Shown: piece by piece, positions 47,299 through 56,889 of the stretch
Layout of the letters: each line of letters begins with the position of its first letter
Numbering within the stretch: the stretch's first letter is position 1
Sequence record: PP355768.1
Length of the DNA: 64,000 bases
Strand: one strand, 5' to 3'
Made by a program: the position numbers and the translations under genes
The notes under the pieces: generated by a model
What the model was told of the DNA's origin: nothing
The model's database searches: none
What the model saw: the letters and a program-made list of their open reading frames with translations, nothing else

Positions 47299-47898
47299 AT
47301 GATTCAAATAGTTTATGCCTTTGCTCCTACAAAAACTGTAGACGGCAAAAATGAAAATGCTTTCGGTTTAGGCGATGGTCTTCCATGGAAACATATTTCC
47401 CAGGACATGAAAAACTTTGCTAATCGTACTCGAGATACTATCTTGATTTGCGGAGCAAAGACTTTTATGAGTTTTCCTAAACCTCTTCCTGGTCGTAAGA
47501 CAATCGTTGTCCAAGACATGAGTCGTGCGTTAGCAACTGCTAAAAATGGCTTCTTTGCAGATGCTTATGTAAGTGAATTAGAATTTATCGGTTTCTTGGG
47601 TGGTGACATTATGGCCGCTCATACTTCTTACAACAGTACTATCACTTTTAATAGAGACCTTAATTATTCTATCATAGGTGGTGCCGGAATCATCCAGAAG
47701 GCATATCCATACGCGGATAGGGTTATCCAAACAACCATCAGAAAAAGTCATAGAGTGAATTCTGATGTCACTCTACCTGCTGAATTTGTAGCAGCTCCTA
47801 CTTGGCCAGAATCAGGATTCATTACTAAAGAAAATCACTGGTATCATATTGATGAAGTGACTAACATTTCAGAGGTGGTCTATGAGCGCAAACTATGA
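47299..47898 (+). CDS. frd: Dihydrofolate reductase
   Basis: AFG..DGLPW, GAKTF.S, LPGR and IIGGA motifs; T4 position. Confidence 0.93.
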   Translation: MIQIVYAFAPTKTVDGKNENAFGLGDGLPWKHISQDMKNFANRTRDTILICGAKTFMSFPKPLPGRKTIVVQDMSRALATAKNGFFADAYVSELEFIGFLGGDIMAAHTSYNSTITFNRDLNYSIIGGAGIIQKAYPYADRVIQTTIRKSHRVNSDVTLPAEFVAAPTWPESGFITKENHWYHIDEVTNISEVVYERKL

Positions 47899-48199
47899 TA
47901 TCACTCAGCTATCAGAAGATAAAGTCCAAAAGAAGTGGAAAGGATTTCCATTTAAGCATGGTATTCATCTTCTAGTTTTTAGTTATAATGGTCTTAGCAC
48001 TTATAACGGTTCAACTACAGTATATAACCGAAATGGAAATATACCTATTGAAATTGAACGTGATTATAAGAAGATGTTCATCGGAATGTCACACGGCAAT
48101 GTGATGGTCAAAGATGATGTAGTGTCTATTATTGGGCGATTTGAAAAGCGTGGTAATCAGCTTTTCTTTACACCTCTTCAGGAAAAATTTAATGCGTGA
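47882..48199 (+). CDS. Conserved hypothetical protein between frd and td
   Basis: 105 aa overlapping both neighbours. Confidence 0.7.
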   Translation: MSANYDITQLSEDKVQKKWKGFPFKHGIHLLVFSYNGLSTYNGSTTVYNRNGNIPIEIERDYKKMFIGMSHGNVMVKDDVVSIIGRFEKRGNQLFFTPLQEKFNA

Positions 48200-49067
48200 A
48201 TACCAAGAATTAATTAAAGACATTTTTGAAAACGGCTATGAGACGGATGACCGTACTGGTACTGGCACTATTGCGAAGTTTGGTACCCAGCTACGGTTTG
48301 ATTTACAAAAAGGGTTTCCTGCTGTAACTACCAAGCGTCTTGCATGGAAAGCGTGTATTGCAGAGCTGATTTGGTTCTTGCAGGGGTCTACTAATGTCCA
48401 TGAATTGCGTCTTATTCAGCATGGTTCATTACTAGAAGGTAAAACTGTTTGGGACGACAACTACGAAAACCAGGCAAAAGACATGGGGTATTCCGGTGGT
48501 GAGCTAGGACCCGTGTATGGAAAGCAATGGCGTGATTTCATGGGCGTTGACCAACTAAAACTAGTCATTGACCGTATTAAGCAATTGCCAACTGATCGTC
48601 GTCAGATTGTAACTGCTTGGAACCCGATTGATTTGGACAAAATGGCATTACCACCATGTCATCTGCTTTATCAGTTCAACGTTCGTAACGGATATTTGGA
48701 CCTCCAGTGGTATCAGCGTTCTGTAGATGTATTCCTTGGTCTACCCTTCAATATTGCGTCATATGCAGCACTAGTTCATATCATTGCTAAAATGACCAAT
48801 CTTAAACCTGGGCATTTGGTATTCACTGGTGGTAACACTCACATTTATCTGAACCATATTGAACAGTGTAAAGAAATCTTGCGTCGAGAGCCAAAAGAGC
48901 TGTGTGAACTTGAAATTAATTATTGGCCTCCAGTAAAAGATAAAGAATTTCATGAATTAGCAACAGAAGAACAATTAGCTTGGGTTACAGGAATGATGAA
49001 ACCATCTGACTTTGTTCTTAAAGGATATGAATCTCACCCAACAATTAAAGGAAAGATGGCGATATGA
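48192..49067 (+). CDS. td: Thymidylate synthase, intron-less
   Basis: DRTGTGT, MALPPCH, YQRSVD.FLGLPFNIASY; ATG 48192. Confidence 0.96.
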   Translation: MREYQELIKDIFENGYETDDRTGTGTIAKFGTQLRFDLQKGFPAVTTKRLAWKACIAELIWFLQGSTNVHELRLIQHGSLLEGKTVWDDNYENQAKDMGYSGGELGPVYGKQWRDFMGVDQLKLVIDRIKQLPTDRRQIVTAWNPIDLDKMALPPCHLLYQFNVRNGYLDLQWYQRSVDVFLGLPFNIASYAALVHIIAKMTNLKPGHLVFTGGNTHIYLNHIEQCKEILRREPKELCELEINYWPPVKDKEFHELATEEQLAWVTGMMKPSDFVLKGYESHPTIKGKMAI

Positions 49068-49270
49068 ATATTCGATTTGTTCGTAAAGGACACCAGTCTA
49101 AAACAATATTAGGCGAGATGTGTGATGCATTCTCTAGTGATTTGCCTGAAGTTAATGACAAGATAGTTTTTGACGGGACCGAACAAAGGGTTCTGTCTAT
49201 TGTTAAATCATATGAATGGTCTATAGGTAAAACACAATTAATCTGTTGGTTTGAAGTTGATATAACATGA
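49064..49270 (+). CDS. Hypothetical protein at the nrdA.2 position
   Basis: 68 aa; ATGA coupling. Confidence 0.65.
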   Translation: MNIRFVRKGHQSKTILGEMCDAFSSDLPEVNDKIVFDGTEQRVLSIVKSYEWSIGKTQLICWFEVDIT

Positions 49271-49572
49271 AGATATGTCGGGTGGTTAATAAATACCATT
49301 CCGACTTCGATGTAAATATCCAACGCGGAACAATGTGGGGAAATTACGTCGGTAAAGATTGCGATAATCGTCCTGATGCTATTGCTGCGTTTAAGGACGA
49401 TTTTATTGCTAAGATTCGGAACGGAGAAATAAAGCGAGAGCACTTAGAAACTTTAAGAGGAATGAGATTAGGATGCACCTGCAAACCGCTTCCTTGCCAT
49501 GGTGATATAATAGCTCTTGTAGTGAATAAACTTTTTAAAGATACATTTGAATTAGAGGACTTATGCAAGTAA
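49267..49572 (+). CDS. nrdA.1: nrdA.1-like (DUF4326-type) protein
   Basis: RG..WGN and LRGMRLGC.CKP.PCHGD. Confidence 0.82.
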   Translation: MKICRVVNKYHSDFDVNIQRGTMWGNYVGKDCDNRPDAIAAFKDDFIAKIRNGEIKREHLETLRGMRLGCTCKPLPCHGDIIALVVNKLFKDTFELEDLCK

Positions 49573-51101
49573 TTAAGAGCTCAGGTGTTAGTCAAGAATT
49601 TGACATGCAGAAAATCATTAAAGTCCTCGAATGGGCGTGCGAAGGAACTAAAGTAGACCCATACGAGTTATATGAAATTATTAAATCCCATCTGCGTGAT
49701 GGCATGAGCACTGCAGATATCCAGAAGACTATCGTTAAGGTAGCGGCGAATAGCATTTCTATTGATGAACCGGATTATCAATATGTGGCATCCAATGCAG
49801 CAATGTTTGAAATCCGTAAACGTGTTTATGGACAGTTTGAACCGCCTGCATTTATTGACCACATTTCCCGATGCGTCAACGCAAATAAGTACGATAAAGA
49901 AATTCTAAGTAAATGGTCAGCAGAAGAAATTACTTTGCTTGATTCTTATATTAAGCATGAGCGTGATTTCACTATGACCTATGCTGGAACAATGCAGCTT
50001 ATCGAGAAGTATCTCGTAAAAGACCGTCACACTGGTGAATTGTATGAAACTCCACAGTTTGCCTTTATGCTGATCGGTATGTGCTTGCACCAAGACGATG
50101 GAGAAAATCGTTTAGCAAACGTTATTCGTTTCTATGATGCAGTTTCTACTAAAAAGATTTCATTGCCAACTCCAATTATGTCTGGTGTTCGTACTCCGAC
50201 ACGCCAATTCAGTTCATGCGTGGTTATTGAAGGTGGTGATAGTCTTAATTCAATTAACGAAGCTGCTGCGTCAATTACGAAATACATCAGTAAGCGTGAA
50301 CTGTTTGAGTTGTTCCTTACTGAACGTGCTGGTACTGCTCGAATTTACCCGTACATGGTAGATAACGTTGGTGAATATGGTCCTTTTATTCGTGATGTGG
50401 CTACGGTTAAGCAATCAAACCTCTGCCTCGAAATTGCGTTACCAACTTCGGATGTTGGCCAAGAAGATGGCGAAATCGCGCTCTGCACACTCGCAGCATT
50501 CGTGCTCGACAACTTCAACTGGCAAGACCAAGAAGAAGTCAACGAAATCGCAGAAGTAATGGTAAGGGCTTTGGATAACCTTTTGGATTACCAAGATTAT
50601 CCAGTAGACAAAGCGTTAAAAGCTAAAGACCGTCGAGCACTAGGTGTTGGCATTACTAACTATGCAGCTTGGTTAGCAAGTAACTTTGCTTCATACGCAG
50701 ATGCTAATGATATTACTCACGAAATGATGGAACGTATTCAATATGCACTCATCAAAGCCTCTGTTAAACTTGCTAGCGAAAAAGGTCCATGCACGCTTTA
50801 CAAAGAAACACGATACGGACGTGGTGAACTGCCTATTGACTGGTACAACGAAAGAATTGACCAACTCGCAGCTCCAAACTATGTCTGTGACTGGGAACTC
50901 CTGCGAGAAGACCTCAAGCGATACGGTATCCGAAATTCAACGTTATCTGCGCTTATGCCATGCGAATCGTCTAGCCAGGTATCAAACTCTACCAACGGTA
51001 TTGAACCACCACGTGGACCAGTGTCAGTTAAAGAATCAAAAGAAGGAAGCTTCAACCAAGTCGTTCCAAATAGACCACGGATGGTTAACACCACAGAATA
51101 G
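49563..51101 (+). pseudogene. nrdA: Aerobic ribonucleotide reductase alpha, with an in-frame internal deletion and lost C-terminus
   Basis: ATP cone, RQFSSC, QSNLCLEI and MPCESSS present; ISKR joined directly to ELFELFLTER; ends after FNQVVPN. Confidence 0.88.
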
Positions 51102-51109
51102 GAAATAGA

Positions 51110-51812
51110 ATGAGTACAGTTTTTAATACCAAGCAAGTAGATATCATGACCGAACCGATGTTCTTTGGTTCTGGTCTAGGAATTGCACGCTATGATATTC
51201 AGCGTCATAAAGTATTCGAGGAACTCATTGAGAAGCAATTGAGTTTCTTTTGGCGTCCTGAAGAAGTTAACGTTATGATGGACCGTGGTCAGTTTGAAAA
51301 ACTCCCAGAACATCAGCGTAATATCTTCACTGATAACTTGAAGTACCAATCTCTTCTTGATTCAATTCAAGGACGAGCTCCAGCAGCAGTTTTATCTGCA
51401 CTTATTTCTGACCCAAGCCTAGATACTTGGAACCAGACTTGGACGTTCAGTGAAACTATTCACAGCCGTTCGTACACGCATATCATGCGTAACCTGTATG
51501 TAGACCCAGCTAAAATCTTTGATGAAATCGTTCTTGACGAAGCAATCATGAAACGCGCTGAGTCAATTGGTGTTTACTATGCTTCATGACTTCATTGACT
51601 ATCTGACTGTATCTCGCATGCGTAGCTGTGGTCTGCCGTGCCCAATCACTGATGCACCAACTCGACATCCTATTCCTTGGATTCGCGAATATCTTAACTC
51701 TGACGCAGTCCAATCTGCTCCTCAGGAAGTTGAGATAAGTTCTTATCTGGTAGCTCAGATTGACAATGATGTCACTGATGATGTTCTAATTGGATTTAAA
51801 AAGTACTTATAA
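51110..51812 (+). pseudogene. nrdB: Ribonucleotide reductase beta with an internal deletion and frameshift
   Basis: N-terminal 156 aa ([15 protein letters not shown]), then the C-terminal HPIPW..SAPQEVEISSY in another frame. Confidence 0.88.
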
Positions 51813-51829
51813 GGAAAGGGGCTTCGGCC

Positions 51830-52012
51830 AAGATTTTTGAAGCACTAATGGCTGGCAAAAAAGTAGAGTTCTATGCTCGTCAGTGTTTTAATCTTTTGAT
51901 TAATAATGAACTTGGCGAGATGTCAATATCCACTATGGACTTGGAAGAACCGATGTTTATTAAAAAGTTCAATCCTCCATGGAACACACAACATAAGGTA
52001 AAGAAATGTTAG
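51830..52012 (+). pseudogene. denA: 3' fragment of endonuclease II
   Basis: KVEFYARQCFNL..NELG....DLEEP.FIK.FNPPWN matches the T4 DenA C-terminus; joined to half of a UUCG terminator. Confidence 0.85.
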
Positions 52013-52655
52013 AGCTATATAAAAATTTAATGAATCTGTGTGAAAGCTCAGAAGTTGCAAAATTCTTTTATAAAGATTTTACCGGTCCTATGGATGGTAA
52101 GTTCAGAGTGTTTTCATACCACTATGCAAGCTACAGCGAGTGGTTAAAACCCGATGCTCTTGAGTGCCGCGGTATCATGTTTGAGATGGATGGCGATACC
52201 CCAATTCGAATTGCTTCTCGTCCGATGGAAAAATTCTTCAATTTGAATGAAAACCCAATGACAATGGGAATTGATATTAGCGATGTAGAATACATTATGG
52301 ATAAGGCTGATGGCTCTCTAGTGTCATCTTATGTTGATGATGGGTATCTATATCTTAAATCAAAAACCTCTCTTTACAGTGACCAGGCGAGAAGGTCTTC
52401 TGCCCTGCTTAATAGCGAAGAATATTCTTCACTTCATCAAGTCGTTCTTGAGTTAACGCTAGATGGTTATACGGTAAACATGGAATTTGTTTCACCTGAT
52501 AATCGTGTTGTTCTTGCATACTCAGAAAGCAACGGTTAATCAGCGCCATCTTTTTGGTGTTATCATGAACATGTACGAAGGAACTGTAGATGTGGATAAA
52601 CTGCTTAAAGACCTCGAAAAGGTGTTCTTGAAGTACTGGGCAGGATATGTTCCGT
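52006..52655 (+). pseudogene. rnlA: RNA ligase 1, centre deleted and frameshifted
   Basis: KADGS adenylation motif in the N-terminal 172 aa; C-terminal-like remnant in another frame. Confidence 0.87.
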
Positions 52656-52956
52656 AGATGAAATGATTGATTTCCTAGATAATCATCTCGCGAAGTATGG
52701 TGCAGAGGTGTTCAAGAACATCACCCAGCCAAACGTTCATGCTAACGGATGCAAATGCTATGTAATTGTTGACCCGATTTATGGCAAGCATCGTCTTGGC
52801 ATTATGCATCGCGAGCTGAATTATTCTGAGATGGCAGAATATGTAGAAGCTTGCTTCAAGTGTTCTCCTTCGGAAAGTTCTGATCGTCACATCCTCATTT
52901 CGGGATTATCCCGTGATGATATCGTAGAGGTTATCCTTAAATTATGCTCAAAATAA
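52653..52956 (+). pseudogene. alc: C-terminal ~100 aa of Alc (cytosine-DNA transcription terminator)
   Basis: TQPNVH.N.CKCY.IV.P..GKHRLGI and VEACFK match T4 Alc; N-terminal ~70 aa absent. Confidence 0.85.
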
Positions 52957-53297
52957 ACACAACTTGGTTGATGATTGGAGTGTTAGCATTATCCGCAGGC
53001 GGATTGAAATATCTTTCGTGGCGGGTAGAAAATCTTAAAGCTGACCTCAAAGTCGTCCAAGATGAATCTGATCGACAAGCAAAAGAAATAGAAAATATCG
53101 GTGTTTCTATAAAAAATCTGCAGACAACATATAAAGGCTATCAGGAAAACCGAGCAGCTCGTGATACTTCTAACGCTAAGATGAATAAAGATTCTAAGCG
53201 CGGAAACGTAGTTGCAGCTAAACCTGGGTTAGTTGAAAAACAGATTAATGCAAGCTTCAATAAGTTTGCAGAAGATATCCAGGAGGCTACCAGATGA
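52944..53297 (+). CDS. pseT.3: Inner-membrane spanin
   Basis: 117 aa; TM plus coiled coil; VVAAKPGLVE. Confidence 0.88.
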   Translation: MLKINTTWLMIGVLALSAGGLKYLSWRVENLKADLKVVQDESDRQAKEIENIGVSIKNLQTTYKGYQENRAARDTSNAKMNKDSKRGNVVAAKPGLVEKQINASFNKFAEDIQEATR

Positions 53298-53581
53298 AAC
53301 GAAGTCTATTAGCCATGGGTATTATCAGCTTACTTGCTGGATGCTCTTCTAGTGCACCGGATGTCCCGGTTTTGCATCCTGAGTGGCCAGACCCAATTCA
53401 AAAATGGGAAGGACATTGGGAAGTAAAAGTAATTGACGGTAAAGCCTGGGTTGGTATGCCGTTTGAAGAGTCTCAAGAGTATCGCATCTGGATGAATGAC
53501 ATTTTACGTTATACTAAAGATGCTAATGGAATGATATGTTATTATCGTTCTGAACTTAAAGAACCACGGTGTATTAAGTGA
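53294..53581 (+). CDS. pseT.2: Outer-membrane lipoprotein spanin
   Basis: Lipobox LLAGC; Pro-rich; follows the i-spanin. Confidence 0.88.
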   Translation: MKRSLLAMGIISLLAGCSSSAPDVPVLHPEWPDPIQKWEGHWEVKVIDGKAWVGMPFEESQEYRIWMNDILRYTKDANGMICYYRSELKEPRCIK

Positions 53582-53591
53582 TGGCATTATA

Positions 53592-54038
53592 ATGAACCAA
53601 AAACAGTATGAAACACTTAAAGGGTTAATTGCTGAAAATGAATTAGCGTGCATTGATACTAACCTTAATCCAACGACTATCAAGAAGTGGCAAGAGTTGG
53701 CATATGAAATTGATGATGTCAAGTGGGAAATTAAACGCTTTGACGTTCCTTGGACTGAATTGCTTAATGAATGGCGCGAATGCTATTGAATTGACCTTGA
53801 CGGCACGTTAGCAGATAACAATCATCGTTCTCCTTATGACTTGGCCAAATGTGGTAAAGACCATCCAAAGGAAATGGTAATTGAATTTCTTAAAATGCTT
53901 CGTAACAAAGGATATAAAATTCTTACTGTTTCCGGCAGAGAGTCTGGTACTAAAGAAGACCCTACCGTTTATCAACGCATTACGAAGAAAGAGCAATCAA
54001 CATACTCAATTGGCTTTAACCGGAACAGGCCAAGTTGA
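53592..54038 (+). pseudogene. pseT: Fused remnants of pseT.1 and polynucleotide kinase/phosphatase
   Basis: DTNLNP and FDVPWTEL (kinase) and DLDGT, VSGRESGTKEDPT (phosphatase) present; P-loop and C-terminus missing; in-frame stop at 53787. Confidence 0.85.
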
Positions 54039-54065
54039 AATGACTAACATTTTAGGACATATCTA

Positions 54066-54410
54066 ATGACTTTACGTGAAGCGGTAGAAGCTCTTTTAAT
54101 TGAACATGCTCGTGGCATTAAAGCAGAAATTAGCCAAAATGGTATTCGTCTAATTAATGCTGTTATTGGTTCTGACCAAGGTGTTTGGTCAATTCCACGC
54201 GAAGAATATGATGCTATTTTGTACAGTAACGTTGATGTTAAGGAAGGCCAACCTCTTTATGGCTATGTCTTTTCCGATGTTCTTGAACGAGGAAATCATC
54301 CGTTTCCAGATGGTACAGGCATTCGTACTTCTCGAGTAGAGAGTTTTGCTTCTCCTACCGACGAGTTAAAATTGGTTAAAACAAATAACACAACTTATCT
54401 GGTGATTTAA
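54066..54410 (+). CDS. Hypothetical protein at the cd.1 position
   Basis: 114 aa immediately before cd. Confidence 0.72.
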   Translation: MTLREAVEALLIEHARGIKAEISQNGIRLINAVIGSDQGVWSIPREEYDAILYSNVDVKEGQPLYGYVFSDVLERGNHPFPDGTGIRTSRVESFASPTDELKLVKTNNTTYLVI

Positions 54411-54980
54411 ATGAAAGCGTCGACAGTACTACAAATTGCGTATCTCGTATCTCAAGAGTCAAAATGCTGCTCGTGGAAAGTCGGCGCAGTAATTGAAAAG
54501 AATGGACGAATTATTTCTACTGGCTATAACGGTTCACCTTCTGGTGGTGTGAACTGTTGTGACCATGCAGCAGAACAAGGTTGGATTGGTGAAATTCCTT
54601 ACAAATCTACGGGATTGCGTCAAGACGGATTCCAAGTCAAAAAAGTCGGATTGCTCAAAGAACATCGAGCAGCCCACTCTGCATGGTCTAAAGTCAATGA
54701 AATCCATGCTGAGCTTAATGCTATTCTTTTTGCTGCCCGGAACGGCAGTAGTATTGATGGAGCAACAATGTATGTCACACTGTCTCCATGTCCAGATTGC
54801 GCAAAAGCCATCGCTCAGTCTGGTATTAAAAAATTAGTATACTGTGAAACATACGACAAGAACGAACCTGGCTGGGACGATATTCTTCGTTCGGCTGGAA
54901 TTGAGGTGTTCAATGTTCCAAAACGCAATTTGGACAAGTTGAACTGGTATAACATTAAAGAATTCTGTGGAATTGAATAA
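54411..54980 (+). CDS. cd: dCMP deaminase
   Basis: HAELNA and PCPDC zinc motifs; T4 cd-like. Confidence 0.96.
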   Translation: MKASTVLQIAYLVSQESKCCSWKVGAVIEKNGRIISTGYNGSPSGGVNCCDHAAEQGWIGEIPYKSTGLRQDGFQVKKVGLLKEHRAAHSAWSKVNEIHAELNAILFAARNGSSIDGATMYVTLSPCPDCAKAIAQSGIKKLVYCETYDKNEPGWDDILRSAGIEVFNVPKRNLDKLNWYNIKEFCGIE

Positions 54981-55180
54981 TGAAACTTAGAATTGTTGAA
55001 ATTAATAAACTTAATCTAAGTGGTGATGTTGTTATATCATACTCAGTAGAACGCTGGTATTGGTTTAAATGGAAACCATTAGCAACATTTAAATTTGAAG
55101 ATCAAGCAGTTCGATTATTAAAAGAATTATCCAAGCGCAAATCTGTAATTATCAAAACTATTAAAGAGACATCAAAATGA
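54980..55180 (+). CDS. 31.2-like hypothetical protein
   Basis: 66 aa; position after cd. Confidence 0.65.
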   Translation: MKLRIVEINKLNLSGDVVISYSVERWYWFKWKPLATFKFEDQAVRLLKELSKRKSVIIKTIKETSK

Positions 55181-55251
55181 AACTGACTACTGAACAAAAC
55201 ATCCATATTCGTGAAACTCTGAAGGCTGTGCTGAACATGGTCAAACAATAA
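55177..55251 (+). pseudogene. 31.1: 31.1 remnant
   Basis: MKLTTEQ..IRE.LK matches the T4 31.1 start; 24 aa instead of ~100. Confidence 0.75.
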
Positions 55252-55260
55252 AGGTAACAC

Positions 55261-55584
55261 ATGGAACTTCCAATTAAAGCTCTAGGCGAGTATGTAATTC
55301 TCGTATCTGAACCTGCACAGCAAGGTGATGAAATTGTTTCTCCTTCCGGTATTATTCTTGGAAAAGAAGAACAAGGACAACTGCCGGATATGTGTGAAAT
55401 CTATTCTATCGGTGATGATGTACCGAAAGGATTTGTTGAGGTCGGTGATTTGACTCCGTTGCCTGTTGGTAATATCAGAAACGTACCTCATCCGTTGGTA
55501 GCAGCAGGTGTGAAGAAACCTAAAGAAATCCGGCAGAAGTTTGTGACTTGTCATTATAAGTCCCTGGCGTGCGTATATAAATAA
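55261..55584 (+). CDS. 31: Co-chaperonin (GroES-like) gp31
   Basis: [23 protein letters not shown] and HYK motifs. Confidence 0.95.
   Translation: MELPIKALGEYVILVSEPAQQGDEIVSPSGIILGKEEQGQLPDMCEIYSIGDDVPKGFVEVGDLTPLPVGNIRNVPHPLVAAGVKKPKEIRQKFVTCHYKSLACVYK
55576..55583 (+). promoter_or_regulatory. T4 late promoter
   Basis: TATAAATA upstream of rIII. Confidence 0.75.
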
Positions 55585-55698
55585 TAATATGAATTGGGCG
55601 TCGGAAATTAGTTACCCGAGCAATTCTAAGCGGTGGATGCCCGAGCTAAACCTCGGTTACCGTCCACCAAATTTTAACCTCATTTGAGGAACGATTCA

Positions 55699-55847
55699 AT
55701 GAACAAACAACTTACTAAAGCTCTGGAACTCCAACGTAATGCATGGAATTCCGGTCACGAAAACTACGGGGCTTCAATCGATATCTATGCAGAAGCACTG
55801 GAAGTTCTGAAAGGGTTTAAACACCTTTTGGTAAGCCGAAAGCATAA
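55699..55847 (+). pseudogene. rIII: rIII 5' half joined to the last codons of 30.9
   Basis: LELQRNAWN.GHENYGASID matches rIII; then TTT GGT AAG CCG AAA GCA TAA (FGKPKA*) as at the end of 30.9. Confidence 0.82.
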
Positions 55848-55852
55848 GTTCA

Positions 55853-55878
55853 GGGACTCCTTCGGGAGTCCCTTTTTT
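55853..55878 (+). terminator. UUCG intrinsic terminator
   Basis: GGGACTCC-TTCG-GGAGTCCC-T6. Confidence 0.9.
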
Positions 55879-55902
55879 ATTTTCCACAGAATGAAAAAGG
55901 TT

Positions 55903-55932
55903 GTTTACTTCTAGGTTCAACAAGGTTACTAT
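55903..55932 (+). promoter_or_regulatory. T4-type early promoter
   Basis: GTTTACT-17-TACTAT. Confidence 0.75.
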
Positions 55933-55967
55933 AGACCTGTACCACCCAAACAGAAACGGAGAATAAA

Positions 55968-56336
55968 ATGAATACCATCAACCTGAATGCAACTATCAAG
56001 ACTAAAGACCATGACGGTTACAAAGCTCAAACTGTCCATGAGAAAATGTGGATTTTGTCTAAAGTTCAAGGTGATATCGTTCCATGCATGACACCGGACG
56101 GTCCATCAGATGATTTCTGCTGGCATATCACGCTAACCAATTGGTTCACAGGTTCTGTATATGTTCTGAACACTCCAGTTGTTGGTCGTATTCGTTCTGA
56201 AACTTACACAGATGAAGAAGACGGTTACTCAGAAGATGTAACCTGGTATGAAAATGGTCGTAATCGTGCCGATGCTTTAATTGAGCAAATGAAAAAGGTC
56301 GGTAAATTAAACATGGATAATTGGACTAAACAGTAA
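55968..56336 (+). CDS. 30.8: 30.8-like hypothetical protein
   Basis: M.TINLNA..KTK start and LIE.MKKVGKL.M..W end. Confidence 0.8.
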   Translation: MNTINLNATIKTKDHDGYKAQTVHEKMWILSKVQGDIVPCMTPDGPSDDFCWHITLTNWFTGSVYVLNTPVVGRIRSETYTDEEDGYSEDVTWYENGRNRADALIEQMKKVGKLNMDNWTKQ

Positions 56337-56376
56337 TCTTGACTGGGGCTTCGGCCCCATCTTTGAGGATATCAAA

Positions 56377-56889
56377 ATGAATTACAGCAAAAACCGAGTA
56401 TATTGCATTTCCCCAGAAACTTACCGTAGATGGAAAGACGCTAAGAACACAATTAACTATCTCATTGCCACCGTTGTCGGAGTTCAAGGCTGGACGCCGT
56501 TAGAACTTGATTCGCTGGGCCGGGTTGTTAAGATTAAAACCGAAACTGGTAAAATCATTTCGGCAAAAACCATAGGAGATGAATATGACCGGTCTCTGTC
56601 ATGCTTATTTTCTTCTCATGAGTTAGAAGAAGGACGTGTTGTGCAAATAGGAGCGTTTGAAAACCAAAGCTCTGATGACCGTTATGCAGTTTTTGAAATC
56701 CCATCAACGTTCGTTAAACCTACTCCAGTGGTTAAAGACGGGCGTAGCGTCTTCACTTTAAAGGAAGCAAAAGAAATCATCCTTGAGCTAACCGATATCG
56801 TTCCAGAAACTACCAAGTATGAACTGTTTAAAAGCATCGGATTTGCAGAAGTAAAAACTGTTAAAACTGTAGAGGTGAAAAATGTCTGA
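56377..56889 (+). CDS. Hypothetical protein
   Basis: 170 aa; GAGGA RBS; follows a GGGGC-TTCG-GCCCC hairpin. Confidence 0.72.
   Translation: MNYSKNRVYCISPETYRRWKDAKNTINYLIATVVGVQGWTPLELDSLGRVVKIKTETGKIISAKTIGDEYDRSLSCLFSSHELEEGRVVQIGAFENQSSDDRYAVFEIPSTFVKPTPVVKDGRSVFTLKEAKEIILELTDIVPETTKYELFKSIGFAEVKTVKTVEVKNV

Noticed and set aside
51575-51600. Group I intron causing the nrdB break
   Set aside because: Sequence is missing rather than inserted; no intron structure or endonuclease ORF. td is also uninterrupted.
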